Below are positions 10,301 to 19,446 of a DNA stretch of 64,000 bases, piece by piece. Source of the DNA: Armatimonadota bacterium (lineage in GTDB: Bacteria; Armatimonadota; HRBIN16); assembly GCA_963677485.1 (NCBI GenBank), contig OY781964.1:4896001-4960000 (forward strand). Reading direction: 5' to 3'. A program made the translations under genes and the position numbers. How positions within the stretch are numbered: the first letter of the stretch is position 1; every line of letters starts with the position of its first letter. The notes beneath the pieces were generated by a model. The model saw nothing but the letters and a program-made list of their open reading frames with translations. It was not told where the DNA came from and made no database searches.

Positions 10301-10772
10301 GACTGAGGTTCTACGCCGCAACCTGGGAAGGCTGGGGTTTGACATCAAAAGCACTCAACAAGTGCTGAACAGCTATATGGGTGTGCAAAACACCTACCTG
10401 TCGATGTTTCTGGCATTAGGCGGCCTCGGAATGGTGCTGGGCACTGTCGGCCTGGTGATCGTGTTGCTCAGGAGTGCTTTGGAACGCCAAAAGGAGTTCG
10501 CTTTGATGCTGACTCAGGGCTTCAAGCGGTCAGATATAGTGAGGTTGCTTCTGATCGAAAACATATGGCTGCTGCTGACAGGCTTGGTCATAGGCACTTT
10601 ATCGGCTCTGGTGTCGGTTATACCGGCACTGACCGGCATCGAATCGGTGGTCAACTGGCCGGCGATCGGTGTGATCTTTACCTGTATTCTGACCACCGGT
10701 GTGGTCTGCTGTGTTCTGGCAGCCAGACAGGCCGTCGGCGGAATTCTCATTGAAGTGCTTCACGGAGAGTAA
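7392..10772 (+). CDS. ABC transporter permease with two FtsX/MacB-like repeats
   Basis: Two TM bundles following ERRAAEIGTM and ERQKEFALM motifs, separated by large extracytoplasmic domains. GTG 7392 overlaps the upstream stop (GTGA). Confidence 0.88.
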   Translation: MTLRQLILRSLRYYLRTNAVVVFGLAITSAVIIGSLMIGDSIKGSLLNTATSRLGSIDYALSSQRLFRSDLSKDLPQSSTLKGRVKHISSALLIKATVENTDTELALPNVSVVGIDESFTKLFPNQAVPTPTGRQAVINTALADELGVKAGDSIILNLDKQSAIPSGTLFSHQLPDDTQATLRLEVSAVVGDQGFGGFRLDNSVEVPRNIFVSADWLASEIGKQGMANTLLVQQETSSEDIVSILQTSLRSACSIEDHGLKMANNKLQSTLSLQSDSLVFSDRQLEAAQAAITQCRFRGNLTSIYLATEIRNISRNGASISYAIVSGLKPSVPFSFASGGSAEPESAGIWLNSWAAQDLKTRVGDILELSYLVPMKDGSYHSFKLQRTLTGIVNITGPAADKGLVPDFEGMTNTKSIEDWKTPFPVDLRSVTERDDLYWAKYSTTPKAYVNLSTTKLMWSAASTDNGWITSIRIPYRAGTDPTVVKAMLERAILANLLPEESGLVFRPVRRLAVESAQGNTDFGQLFLVMSSFIIIAGASLAATLLKLSSERRAAEIGTMLVCGFRPATTMQVLLGEGSILALAGALLGLPLGILYAWGVVSALKLWWTTAVGTSFLSISINPVSLLVGIVSALGVGLLAVWLAVRRLRDMQVLQLISGWQSLGTHQNHSSQRRSLIALAVCVILTLVLLAVSMSVAVKSAEALLFCTGAVMLIGSIAGVNVVLIRLMHRRFSIPSIGKLALRSMSANRGRSLLIVGLMAAAAFTIITVAASTRDFSRMDYADRNSGTGGFALKAVATQPIAYDLNSPKTRADLGFTPEDERSLKGVQFVSFLANQGDDISCLNPAKVAQPRVLGVSPQMISRGGFGAKADGGNSPWRSLNSTNLDFEWIPVIGDADTVIWNIHSGLDQTTSLQGSGGDTHKARFTALLPRSIFASELLISEHWFRKLFPEVHDPRYFLVDVPSANVKAVTEVLRRNLGRLGFDIKSTQQVLNSYMGVQNTYLSMFLALGGLGMVLGTVGLVIVLLRSALERQKEFALMLTQGFKRSDIVRLLLIENIWLLLTGLVIGTLSALVSVIPALTGIESVVNWPAIGVIFTCILTTGVVCCVLAARQAVGGILIEVLHGE

Positions 10773-10774
10773 TT

Positions 10775-11881
10775 ATGAAAAATAAGACGATGTATGCTTT
10801 GGTCGCGGCCCTGTTCGCTTTGACAATCCCCGTGCTGGCACAGACATCCGATGACTGGGCGAGTTTCCGCGGCGGTGCAGCGATGACAGGCGTCGCGAAA
10901 TCATCTTTGCCCGCGAAGCCCCGGCGGCTTTGGACATATGAGGCGAAGGCCATCGTGGAATCAACGGCCGCCATCGTGGGTAACTCCACGTATGTAGGCA
11001 CACTGAAGGGAAAACTTCTGGCCATCAATATGACCACCGGCAAATTGCAGTGGAAGTTTACAGCGAAGGATTCCATCAGTGCCTCACCCTGTGTGGCAGG
11101 CAACTATGTGTATTTTGGGGATAAGAACGGCATCTTCTACGCTGTCAATCGATCCAGTGGAAAGATGGCCTGGAAGTATACCACCAAAGATAAGATCATC
11201 TCCTCCGCCATAGTTTCGAATGGGATGGTGCTGTTTGGATCGTATGACTACTACCTGTACTGCTTGAATGCGAAAACGGGAAAGCTGATTTGGAAATTTA
11301 AAGCAGGAGCACAGGTCCACTGCTCGCCATGTGTCGCTGATGGGTTGGTGATGATCGCCGGTTGCGATGGCGATATCCGAAGCATCGACATCAACACCGG
11401 CAAGGAAAAGTCCAAGGCGCATGTCGACACCAACTTCTCCGCTGCCACCGCTTTTCAGTCTGGCGTGGTATACACCGGCGCGATCATCGGTGAGTATTTG
11501 GCGGTGCGAGTCAGCGACGGCAAGATACTTTGGAGTCATAAAGAAAAAACTGGAGACGGTATCTACGCGAGTGCGGCAGTGTCTGCAGATGGAGTGGTCT
11601 TCGCCTCGCGCAGCAAACGCATCTTCCGAGTGGATCCGGCCACCGGAAAGACCATCTGGACATTCAACAGCCGGAGCGGAGTCGATTCCTCACCGGTGAT
11701 CGCAGGCAATACCGTCTATATCGGCTCAGATGGTGGTGAGTTAGTTGGGTTAAGTCTGGCCAGCGGCCAGAAAACATGGGGTTTCAAAGCTGGGGCTGAG
11801 ATTGTAGCCTCTCCGGCCATCTCGCGTGGGAAGATGGTGATTGGCACCGGCGATGGTGCCATCTACTGCTTTGGGAAGTAG
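10775..11881 (+). CDS. Secreted PQQ-like (BamB-type) beta-propeller repeat protein
   Basis: Signal peptide MKNKTMYALVAALFALTIPVLA, DWASFRGG, and repeated SSPxV...G...TGKxxW blades. Confidence 0.9.
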   Translation: MKNKTMYALVAALFALTIPVLAQTSDDWASFRGGAAMTGVAKSSLPAKPRRLWTYEAKAIVESTAAIVGNSTYVGTLKGKLLAINMTTGKLQWKFTAKDSISASPCVAGNYVYFGDKNGIFYAVNRSSGKMAWKYTTKDKIISSAIVSNGMVLFGSYDYYLYCLNAKTGKLIWKFKAGAQVHCSPCVADGLVMIAGCDGDIRSIDINTGKEKSKAHVDTNFSAATAFQSGVVYTGAIIGEYLAVRVSDGKILWSHKEKTGDGIYASAAVSADGVVFASRSKRIFRVDPATGKTIWTFNSRSGVDSSPVIAGNTVYIGSDGGELVGLSLASGQKTWGFKAGAEIVASPAISRGKMVIGTGDGAIYCFGK

Positions 11882-11899
11882 CCCTTCATTGGTGCCGGT

Positions 11900-13063
11900 C
11901 TAGATATCCTCTACAATCACAAGTTTCCCGGCTTCCTGAAGTTTTCTGGCAAGCAGGGGCACGATGGCCTGCCTGGTCAGTATCCCCTTCTGGCGGAAGC
12001 TGATGTCGCGCGTGGCCGGGTTGATCGCCCCACCCATCATGATACGCACCCTGTCGGCGTTTTTTAACAACTCGTGCAGTTCGGTCACCGCACTGTCATC
12101 CTCCAGGGCACCCGGTTCTTCATCCAGCACATTGTAAATCTGGTTCAATGTAATGGCTCCTTCGGACACGAGATCAATGCCATCAATGTAGCACCTGGGA
12201 GGCGATAGCAAGCTTTTTGGCTTCTCCTCCATCTCGATAGGCACACCAAGGTTCTCCGCGGTGATCTGGGCAGTGATTCCGCCGCATACCACTTTGGTAC
12301 CCTGCAGCATCATGAACCTGTTCACCACTTCCATATCCTTCTCGGGGTCAGTCGGAGGCCCGGTGAAGATATTGACGGTGTTGCCAGGCCGGCATCCCGC
12401 CAGCAGTATGCTGCAGTCATCCCCCAGACTTGTGCCCCAGAGCTTCACTGTACGCGACATGACGTGTTCAGGAAGATCATGGAAAGCCACACCACTGCTC
12501 ATCTGGTCGCTAGAGAACTGGCTGACCCCCTCCACGCCCCACCCCATCACCATCCCCGGCTGACCGCTGTCAAGGCCGGCCATGGTGACGCCATCCGACA
12601 TCACCATGATGCCCTCTCCCTTGGTCAGATGGCAGGTCGCCTCACCGATGAGCGAATGACCCACACTGAACGTGCGCTGCTGCAGCACCTGGGCATAGCG
12701 TCGGGCGAGGAAAATCGGTGCGGGCATCTCGTATGAGAGCACGGTAGAGACGCCATCGTTCAAGATACGAACCACCGTAAACACCGCGTAAGGTAGTTCA
12801 GAGGTCTTCGCCTGCTCCATCGTATGGACTAAACTCGAAAAAGCCTGCCGTAGCGACGTGCCCTGGCGGATCAGTTCCATCAACCGCGCGGCGCACATTT
12901 CTGCTGCGATGTTTGCTTTGATGCCATGCCCCATGCCGTCGCTGATCACCAAATTGGTGGACGATTCAGTTCGTTCCCACATGATGACATCGCCGCACAC
13001 ATCACCTTCGTGCTTGGAGAGCTGCAGGGTGTCTATTTCGACGTGTAGGTATCCCTTAGCCAT
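11900..13063 (-). CDS. SpoIIE/PP2C-family Ser/Thr phosphatase (HfsC-like, hydrogenase-associated)
   Basis: VCGD, ISDGMGHG, MSDGV and GDDCS PPM metal motifs. Overlaps the end of the sensory hydrogenase gene. Confidence 0.88.
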   Translation of the reverse strand: MAKGYLHVEIDTLQLSKHEGDVCGDVIMWERTESSTNLVISDGMGHGIKANIAAEMCAARLMELIRQGTSLRQAFSSLVHTMEQAKTSELPYAVFTVVRILNDGVSTVLSYEMPAPIFLARRYAQVLQQRTFSVGHSLIGEATCHLTKGEGIMVMSDGVTMAGLDSGQPGMVMGWGVEGVSQFSSDQMSSGVAFHDLPEHVMSRTVKLWGTSLGDDCSILLAGCRPGNTVNIFTGPPTDPEKDMEVVNRFMMLQGTKVVCGGITAQITAENLGVPIEMEEKPKSLLSPPRCYIDGIDLVSEGAITLNQIYNVLDEEPGALEDDSAVTELHELLKNADRVRIMMGGAINPATRDISFRQKGILTRQAIVPLLARKLQEAGKLVIVEDI

Positions 13064-14802
13064 TCGTTTACATCCCTGCCTTCACCCGGCTCATCGCCGG
13101 CCATTTGCATTAGCTTGCTCAACAGTGCTTCGCTCTGCCCTGTGCTCTGGCCCAGGAATTTCGCGATGGTCTGCGCCATCAGTATCTGGTGCTGCAGAAG
13201 CTCCTTGGTCTGAGTGATCGTCTGCTCTCGTAGTTTGTCCAGCTTCTCTTTGTTTGCCCGGTTATGAGTAATGTCCACAAAGATGCCCACAAACTGCTGC
13301 TCTTCCGGTAAAGCATACAGAATTTCATGACAGACCAGGTTATATTTTTCATGGTTGACCACCGAGGTCACCATATCCGTTTTACCTGTGGCCAGTTGCT
13401 CAAACGGATCGGGATCCATCAGGTAGGAGATATTATGCCCTATCACCGCCTCGGAACACATGAAGAACTTACGGAACGTGGGATTCATATGGATCATCTT
13501 CAGATGCTTGTCGAGGATGAGTATCCCGTTAGGGCTGGTCTCGATGATGCGGTCCGTGCGCTGTTCCGCCAGCCGTTTCATATAGGGGATGCACATCTCA
13601 AGCTCTGCCATGCCGCGAATCACGGCGATCGCCTTGTCGCGGCAGGAGGCGTATCCACACGCTCCGCAGTTCAACTGGTTCTCCGGTGATGTCTTCCCCT
13701 GCTTCTCCATCACCTCCCGAATCTGCTCTTCAGTGACGTCGCGCTGAGATATCTGCCGGTTCGTAAACTCAGTATGAACATAACCATAATCCGCCTCCGG
13801 GTCAGCAACAGCACCTGGGTGGCTATTGGCGTAGTCGATCACATCACGACGGCGCCGGTAGAGGCTGTCATCAGCATGCATCGCAGGGCCGTTGATGCAT
13901 CCCTGCGCACAGAACAGCGGCTCCACCACCTGCGGCGGGGAATCAGGGCCGCAGTTCGAGAGTGCTTCCTTCACCTCTTCATATCCGGATGCACTGACCA
14001 TATCCGCAGCGAGCAAATCAGTATTCAAACTGGCAGTGCGGATACTGCCCCCCACCAGCGGGAAGAAGCGGCTATCCCCTTCAGGCTGTTCACTGAACTG
14101 GCTTTCTTCACACATTGCCAGGTGGATGTTCTCGCGCTCCAGCCACTCCATCAGCTCCGGAAAGGTCAGCGCGCAGTCCACCCAGGGCTGGTTCTCTGGC
14201 CGGTCGGCCTCCGCCTTCTTGGCCACACACGGCCCAAAGAACACCACGCGGCTGTCTGTCCCCAGCTTCGCCTTAATGTTTTTAGCATGGGCGACCATCG
14301 GCGAAGTAAGGGGCAGCATCAGATCGATCTTCTCACGGTCATAGATTTCGATATAACTCACCACTGCGGGGCATGCGGTGCAGATATGCGAGCGTTCCGG
14401 GTCGGCATTACAGATTCGTGCCGTCTCACGCGCGGTGAAATACGCCCCAATCGCAGTCTCTCCGACGTAATTAAACCCAAGTTTCCGCAGTGCGCTGGGC
14501 AGTCGTTTCCGCTCCGATTCCGAAAAGAGGGCCACGAAGGAGGGTGCAATGCTGGCTGCGACCGTATCACCTGCGGCTATGAAGCCCACAGCGCGCTCTA
14601 CATCGTTTCGGTACTGCTTGGCGCCCTGTGGGCACTCGCGGATACAGGTACCGCACGAAATACAGCGTTCAGGAACCACATAGGCCTGACCGCCCTCCAT
14701 GCGTATCGCCTTAACCGGGCATACGCGCAAACAGCGGTAACAGTCACGGCAGTGCGCCTTGTTAGTGTAGACGACCTGTGTCGATTTCGAGTCGTTGCTC
14801 AT
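13033..14802 (-). CDS. hydS: PAS-domain sensory [FeFe]-hydrogenase (group C, HydS/HfsB type)
   Basis: N-terminal 2x4Fe-4S; divergent H-cluster motifs TACPA, GPCVAKKAE and EPLFCAQGCING; CGACGYASC Fe-S domain; C-terminal PAS (IIETSPNGILILD). Start at ATG 14802 with GAGGA RBS. Confidence 0.88.
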   Translation of the reverse strand: MSNDSKSTQVVYTNKAHCRDCYRCLRVCPVKAIRMEGGQAYVVPERCISCGTCIRECPQGAKQYRNDVERAVGFIAAGDTVAASIAPSFVALFSESERKRLPSALRKLGFNYVGETAIGAYFTARETARICNADPERSHICTACPAVVSYIEIYDREKIDLMLPLTSPMVAHAKNIKAKLGTDSRVVFFGPCVAKKAEADRPENQPWVDCALTFPELMEWLERENIHLAMCEESQFSEQPEGDSRFFPLVGGSIRTASLNTDLLAADMVSASGYEEVKEALSNCGPDSPPQVVEPLFCAQGCINGPAMHADDSLYRRRRDVIDYANSHPGAVADPEADYGYVHTEFTNRQISQRDVTEEQIREVMEKQGKTSPENQLNCGACGYASCRDKAIAVIRGMAELEMCIPYMKRLAEQRTDRIIETSPNGILILDKHLKMIHMNPTFRKFFMCSEAVIGHNISYLMDPDPFEQLATGKTDMVTSVVNHEKYNLVCHEILYALPEEQQFVGIFVDITHNRANKEKLDKLREQTITQTKELLQHQILMAQTIAKFLGQSTGQSEALLSKLMQMAGDEPGEGRDVNEWLRDTYTSK

Positions 14803-14864
14803 TGCAGTATTCCTCATCTGGAAATCACCGACTAGCACCGTGTTGGCCGATCCGGTGGTAATAC

Positions 14865-14905
14865 CATGGGTCTGATGTCCCTAGTTTTAGAGTATCTGAC
14901 CCATG
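14865..14905. other. Intergenic stem-loop between hydA and hydS
   Basis: CATGGGTCtGAT...ATCtGACCCATG; 12-bp arms with one mismatch and no clear U-tract. Confidence 0.55.
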
Positions 14906-14945
14906 ATATATGTGCCACACGGCTGGCGGATTCCTGAAGGTTAGC

Positions 14946-16955
14946 CTACACCTTCTGCTTGGATAGCTCCTCAATTAGCGCCTGCTCAGCCATTTCCAGG
15001 CTGCAGTGGTGGATCACCTGATCACCCACGCGGATGGTCGGCCCCTTATCGCAGGCTTCGAAGCAGAAGGTGGCCTTGACGTCCACACTGTCCTGCAGGC
15101 CCCGCTCCTTCAGCGTGTTGAATAGCTCATGCAGCAGTGTCTGGCTGCCGCGAACCAGGCAACTGGTGCCCACGCATACGCTGACTGGCAGCTTTTGTTT
15201 GGCCGGTCCTTGTGACAGCTTCAGGTCGGAGTCTAGAATGCGCTTGCGACTGTGATAGCTGGTGTGCAGCAGATGATGGGCTTTAGTTCCGCCCACATCG
15301 CCCAGGCAAGTTTCATAGCACTCCGCCACCATGTGGTTGTCCTGCGCTTTGTGGAACTCCAGCATCTTGTCACTGTCATACAGGCCTCGTGTGCGCTGCC
15401 GTTTGACCTCAGGATCGTAGGTGCAGGGCTGCCCAGCTCCGGCGATACATCCACCCACACAGGTCATCACCTCGATGAGGTCGTAGTCCACTGTACCGGC
15501 AAGCACCCCCTCAGCGACCTTACGGGCATTGGCCAGACCATGCACGATGGCCAGCTTGAGGGTGGTGCCCTCCAGGTTGATGGTGGCCTCACGGATCCCG
15601 GCCTCACCACGCACCGCTTTGAAGTCCACGCTGCCCAGCTTGGTGTTGGTCAGCTTCTCGGCGGCGTATCGCAGCACTGCTTCCGTGACTCCACCTGTCG
15701 CGCCAAATATCACACCGGCACCCGTCTTGAAGCCGAAGGGCATATCAAGGCTTTCGGGTTCCAGCTTGTTGAAACGCAACCCAGCTTGTTCGATCATCCG
15801 AGCCAGCTCCTGGGTAGTGATCACGATATCCACATCGGCGATGCCCTTATGAGTGAACTCGTCGCGCTTCGCCTCAAACTTCTTGGCGGTGCAAGGCATG
15901 ATAGAGACCACCACCAGGTTTTCGCGGGCGACACCCAGCTTTTCGGGCAGGATCTCCTTCGCCAGCGAGCCGAACATCTGCTGCGGTGAGCGGCAGGAGG
16001 AGAGGTTGGGCAACAGACCAGGGTAATACTGCTCCGCGAACTTCACCCAGCTTGGGCAGCAGCTCGTGAACTGCGGCAGCTTCTCTCCTTTGGTCTTGCG
16101 TCCGATGAACTCGGTGGCTTCCTCTATGACCGTCAGGTCCGCCGCAAAGGAGGTGTCGTAGACCTGATCGAATCGCATCGACTTCAGTGCCGACACGATC
16201 TGCCCTGTGGTGATGCTGCCCGCTTCAAGCCCAAAGCACTCCCCGAGGGCCACACGCACGGCCGGAGCGATCTGCGCCACGACCATCTTCTCAGGGTTGT
16301 CGAGGGCTTTCCACACCTCGTCCACTTCCGATTTAGGTGTGATCGCACCCGTCGGACAGACGCTGGCGCAAAGGCCGCAGTAGACGCACTCCACCTGGTT
16401 CAAGTCCTTACCGAAGGCCGGTTTGACCGCCGTGTTGGCCCCTCGACCCACAAAGTCGATCGCCCCAATGCCCTGAACCTCGCGGCAGGCTCGCACGCAG
16501 TCACCGCACAGCACGCACTTGTTCGGGTCGCGTACCAGAGATGGCGAGCTGCTGTCGACCGGCTCCGGTTTGTGTGTCATTTTATAACGCACTTTGGTGA
16601 TACCCATCCGGCGGGCCAGGTTCTGCAGGTCGCAAGCAGCGCTCTTCGGACAGGTGGGGCAGCTCTGGTCATGGTTGGCCAGAAGCAGCTCTACCGCGAT
16701 CTTGCGGATTTCACGGATCTCCTCGGTGTTGGTTTTGATCACCATCCCCTGCTCCGGTGCCGTGGAACAGGAAGTGACGATGCCCTTGCCTGCGATGTCC
16801 ACTAAGCAAAGACGGCACGCACCATACACGCTAAGGTCAGACCGGTAACAGAAGGTCGGGATGTCTATGCCGGCCTTGCGAGCCACTTCCAGCACGTTGC
16901 GCTCGTTGTCGAGCAGTATCTCCCGGCCATCGATATTTATGTATCCTGGATTCAT
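14946..16955 (-). CDS. hydA: Group A3 [FeFe]-hydrogenase catalytic subunit with C-terminal thioredoxin-like 2Fe-2S domain
   Basis: H-cluster motifs TSCCPSW, MPCTAKKFE and EVMTCVGGC; N-terminal 2Fe-2S, HxxxCxxC 4Fe-4S and 2x4Fe-4S; C-terminal CVGTSC...CFEAC. Start at ATG 16955 with CAGGAG RBS. Confidence 0.96.
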   Translation of the reverse strand: MNPGYINIDGREILLDNERNVLEVARKAGIDIPTFCYRSDLSVYGACRLCLVDIAGKGIVTSCSTAPEQGMVIKTNTEEIREIRKIAVELLLANHDQSCPTCPKSAACDLQNLARRMGITKVRYKMTHKPEPVDSSSPSLVRDPNKCVLCGDCVRACREVQGIGAIDFVGRGANTAVKPAFGKDLNQVECVYCGLCASVCPTGAITPKSEVDEVWKALDNPEKMVVAQIAPAVRVALGECFGLEAGSITTGQIVSALKSMRFDQVYDTSFAADLTVIEEATEFIGRKTKGEKLPQFTSCCPSWVKFAEQYYPGLLPNLSSCRSPQQMFGSLAKEILPEKLGVARENLVVVSIMPCTAKKFEAKRDEFTHKGIADVDIVITTQELARMIEQAGLRFNKLEPESLDMPFGFKTGAGVIFGATGGVTEAVLRYAAEKLTNTKLGSVDFKAVRGEAGIREATINLEGTTLKLAIVHGLANARKVAEGVLAGTVDYDLIEVMTCVGGCIAGAGQPCTYDPEVKRQRTRGLYDSDKMLEFHKAQDNHMVAECYETCLGDVGGTKAHHLLHTSYHSRKRILDSDLKLSQGPAKQKLPVSVCVGTSCLVRGSQTLLHELFNTLKERGLQDSVDVKATFCFEACDKGPTIRVGDQVIHHCSLEMAEQALIEELSKQKV

Positions 16956-16987
16956 ACCATTTCTCCTGTAATTTGCGTGTAGATGGT

Positions 16988-18886
16988 CTATACCACAGCG
17001 CCGAACTTGCATACTTCTTTGCAGACACCGCACTTAATGCAGATGTCTTCATTGATGGTATGCGGCTTCTTGACTTCACCTGTGATGGCTCCGACAGGGC
17101 ACCTCTTCGCACAGATGGTGCAGCCTCTACACTTTTCAGCGTCGATGCTGGGCGGGCAGAGTGCCTTGCATTCACCAGCCGGACAGCGCTTTTGGTAGAC
17201 GTGAGCATCATACTCCGCGCGGAAGTAGCGCAGCGTGGACAGAATGGGGTTTGGAGCCGTCTTGCCCAAACCGCACAGCGATCCTTTAGCCACAGCCTTG
17301 GCGGTGCGCTCCAAAAGCTCCAGAGTCTCCGCGGTGCCGTTGCCATCCATGATGTCGTCCAGAAGTGCCAGCATTTGCTTGGTGCCTTCACGGCAGAGCA
17401 CACACTTGCCACAGGATTCGTTCTGAGTGAACTGCATAAAGAAGCGCGCGATGCGCACCATACAGGTGGACTTGTTCATGACCACCAGCCCGCCAGATCC
17501 AACCATGGCCCCTACACTGCGCAGGGAGTCGAAATCCATCTGCAGCTCCAGGTGCTCCTCAGTCAGGCATCCACCGGAAGGACCACCGATCTGAACCGCT
17601 TTGAAACCCTCACTGGTGAGTTTTCCCTGGTCGTCGGTCACGCCTCCGCCGATGTTGTTCACGATCTCGTTCAGAGTGGTGCCGAAGGGAACCTCAATCA
17701 AGCCAGTGTTCTGAACATGCCCGGTTAAGGCGAAGGTCTTGGTTCCAGGTGACTTCTCAGTGCCCAGTCGGCGATACGCCGCAGCACCCATGGTGAGGAT
17801 CAATGGGATGGAAGCCAGCGTCTCCACATTGTTTATCAGTGTGGGCTTGCCCCATAATCCACTTTGCGCCGGGAACGGCGGTTTCGGGTTGGGCATACCG
17901 CGCTTACCTTCAATGGAGGCCATGAGGGCGGTCTCTTCACCGCACACAAACGCACCAGCTCCCTCCATGACTTGCACATGGAAACTGTAGTTGGTACCGA
18001 AGATGTTATCACCCAAGATGCCGGCCTTTTCGGCGTCCTCCACAGCTTTGCGGATGCGAGCCACCGCCAGTGGATACTCCAGGCGCACATAAACATATCC
18101 CTCGTCAGCCCCGATCGCTCTTGCCGCGATCATCATGCCCTCGATCACAGAGTGTGGATTACCCTCCATCACGCTACGGTCCATGAATGCTCCGGGGTCG
18201 CCCTCATCACCGTTGCAGATCACATACTTCTTGGGGCCAGGCTGCACACGGGTGATATCCCACTTCTTACCCGTGGGGAACCCGCCGCCGCCTCGTCCGC
18301 GCAGGCCTGATTGCATGATCTCCTCGCACACCATCTGGTCTGTCATGTCGATAAATGCCTGCCGAGCCGACCAGTATCCGCCATTATGGATGTATTCTTT
18401 GATATCTTCAGGGTCGATGACTCCGCAGGCTTTCAACACCGTGCGCGACTGGCGCACATAGAACGGGATATCGTCTGTGCCGTGGCAGTGTTTGCCCGAG
18501 AGAGCGTCCTTGTAGAGCAGGCGGTCGACCATCTTGTTTTCGAGCAGGGTTTGCTGCACGATCTCGGCCACATCCGCTGGTTTCACTTTGGTGTATAGAA
18601 TGCCTTCGGGCAATACTGTCACCAAAGGGCCCATCTGGCAGAATCCCTGGCAACCGCTTTTGGAAAGATGGACATCACCGCTCTGCGTCTCTTCTTTTAG
18701 CTCCACGGCGACTTCCAGCCCGGCTTCGCCGATCAGCCTGGCGAACTCGGCGTGTACCTTCAACGCTCCATTGGCCACGCAGCCGGTACCTGCACAGATG
18801 ATCACACGCCTTGAAAAGATACTGGAGGCACGTTCATACTCGTCTGTGATGGCCCTGAGGTCGATTTGCATTATAGTGTTGTTCAA
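16988..18886 (-). CDS. hydB: Bifurcating hydrogenase NADH/FMN-binding subunit (NuoF-like)
   Basis: CAGTGC...GCQGFC, CNGDEGDPGAFMDR, SCGKCVLC, HVYQKRCPAGEC and C-terminal 2x4Fe-4S. Confidence 0.95.
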   Translation of the reverse strand: MNNTIMQIDLRAITDEYERASSIFSRRVIICAGTGCVANGALKVHAEFARLIGEAGLEVAVELKEETQSGDVHLSKSGCQGFCQMGPLVTVLPEGILYTKVKPADVAEIVQQTLLENKMVDRLLYKDALSGKHCHGTDDIPFYVRQSRTVLKACGVIDPEDIKEYIHNGGYWSARQAFIDMTDQMVCEEIMQSGLRGRGGGGFPTGKKWDITRVQPGPKKYVICNGDEGDPGAFMDRSVMEGNPHSVIEGMMIAARAIGADEGYVYVRLEYPLAVARIRKAVEDAEKAGILGDNIFGTNYSFHVQVMEGAGAFVCGEETALMASIEGKRGMPNPKPPFPAQSGLWGKPTLINNVETLASIPLILTMGAAAYRRLGTEKSPGTKTFALTGHVQNTGLIEVPFGTTLNEIVNNIGGGVTDDQGKLTSEGFKAVQIGGPSGGCLTEEHLELQMDFDSLRSVGAMVGSGGLVVMNKSTCMVRIARFFMQFTQNESCGKCVLCREGTKQMLALLDDIMDGNGTAETLELLERTAKAVAKGSLCGLGKTAPNPILSTLRYFRAEYDAHVYQKRCPAGECKALCPPSIDAEKCRGCTICAKRCPVGAITGEVKKPHTINEDICIKCGVCKEVCKFGAVV

Positions 18887-19389
18887 CTGGCATCCTCCTT
18901 CGCAGCGATCTCATCAACGAGTGATACCGCTTGTTTCGGGGACACTTGACCGTATACCTCGTCATTGATGACCATCACAGGAGCCAGTCCACAAGCTCCC
19001 AGACAGGAGACTGTCTCGACGGTAAACAGCATATCTGGTGTGGTCTTGTCTACGTCCGACAGCTTTAGCTTATCTTGCAAAGCCCGTAGGATGGGCAGTG
19101 ATTTCTTGACGTGGCAAGCGGTGCCGTCACACAACCGAATGACGTATTTGCCTTTAGGCTCCAATGCGAAGTGTGCGTAGAAGGTGGCCACGCCATACAC
19201 CTGTGCCGGCGGGATTTCCAGCACGGTGGCTACGTAGGTGAGTACCTCTTCGGGTAGATAGCGGTACTCCTCCTGGACAAGCTGCAGGATGGGTATCAGT
19301 TTGGCCGGATTGCGGTCAAACCTGTCAAGTATCTCACAGACTTTTTCGAACTGTCTGAGGTTGGTATGCGTTGTCTCGAGTGTTTGCAT
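18883..19389 (-). CDS. hydC: Bifurcating hydrogenase 2Fe-2S subunit (NuoE-like)
   Basis: GVATFY, CDGTACH and CLGACGLAP motifs. Start at ATG 19389 with CAGGAG RBS. Confidence 0.94.
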   Translation of the reverse strand: MQTLETTHTNLRQFEKVCEILDRFDRNPAKLIPILQLVQEEYRYLPEEVLTYVATVLEIPPAQVYGVATFYAHFALEPKGKYVIRLCDGTACHVKKSLPILRALQDKLKLSDVDKTTPDMLFTVETVSCLGACGLAPVMVINDEVYGQVSPKQAVSLVDEIAAKEDAS

Positions 19390-19446
19390 TCTAGACTCCT
19401 GAGAGCTGTTTGTGATAGCCGATGATGACATCGGGCTTTATGTTTC

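Noticed and set aside
10775-11881. Calling the propeller proteins BamB or PQQ dehydrogenases
   Set aside because: No lipobox Cys, no bam/der context and no catalytic motifs; only the fold is supported.
11882-11899. Terminator between the convergent operons
   Set aside because: Only 18 bp, with no convincing hairpin or U-tract.
13774-14835. 353-aa plus-strand ORF
   Set aside because: Antisense shadow of hydS, which has clear motifs; the ORF has no recognisable domain.
15252-17728. 245-aa and 251-aa plus-strand ORFs
   Set aside because: Antisense shadows of hydA and hydB, expected in GC-rich coding DNA.
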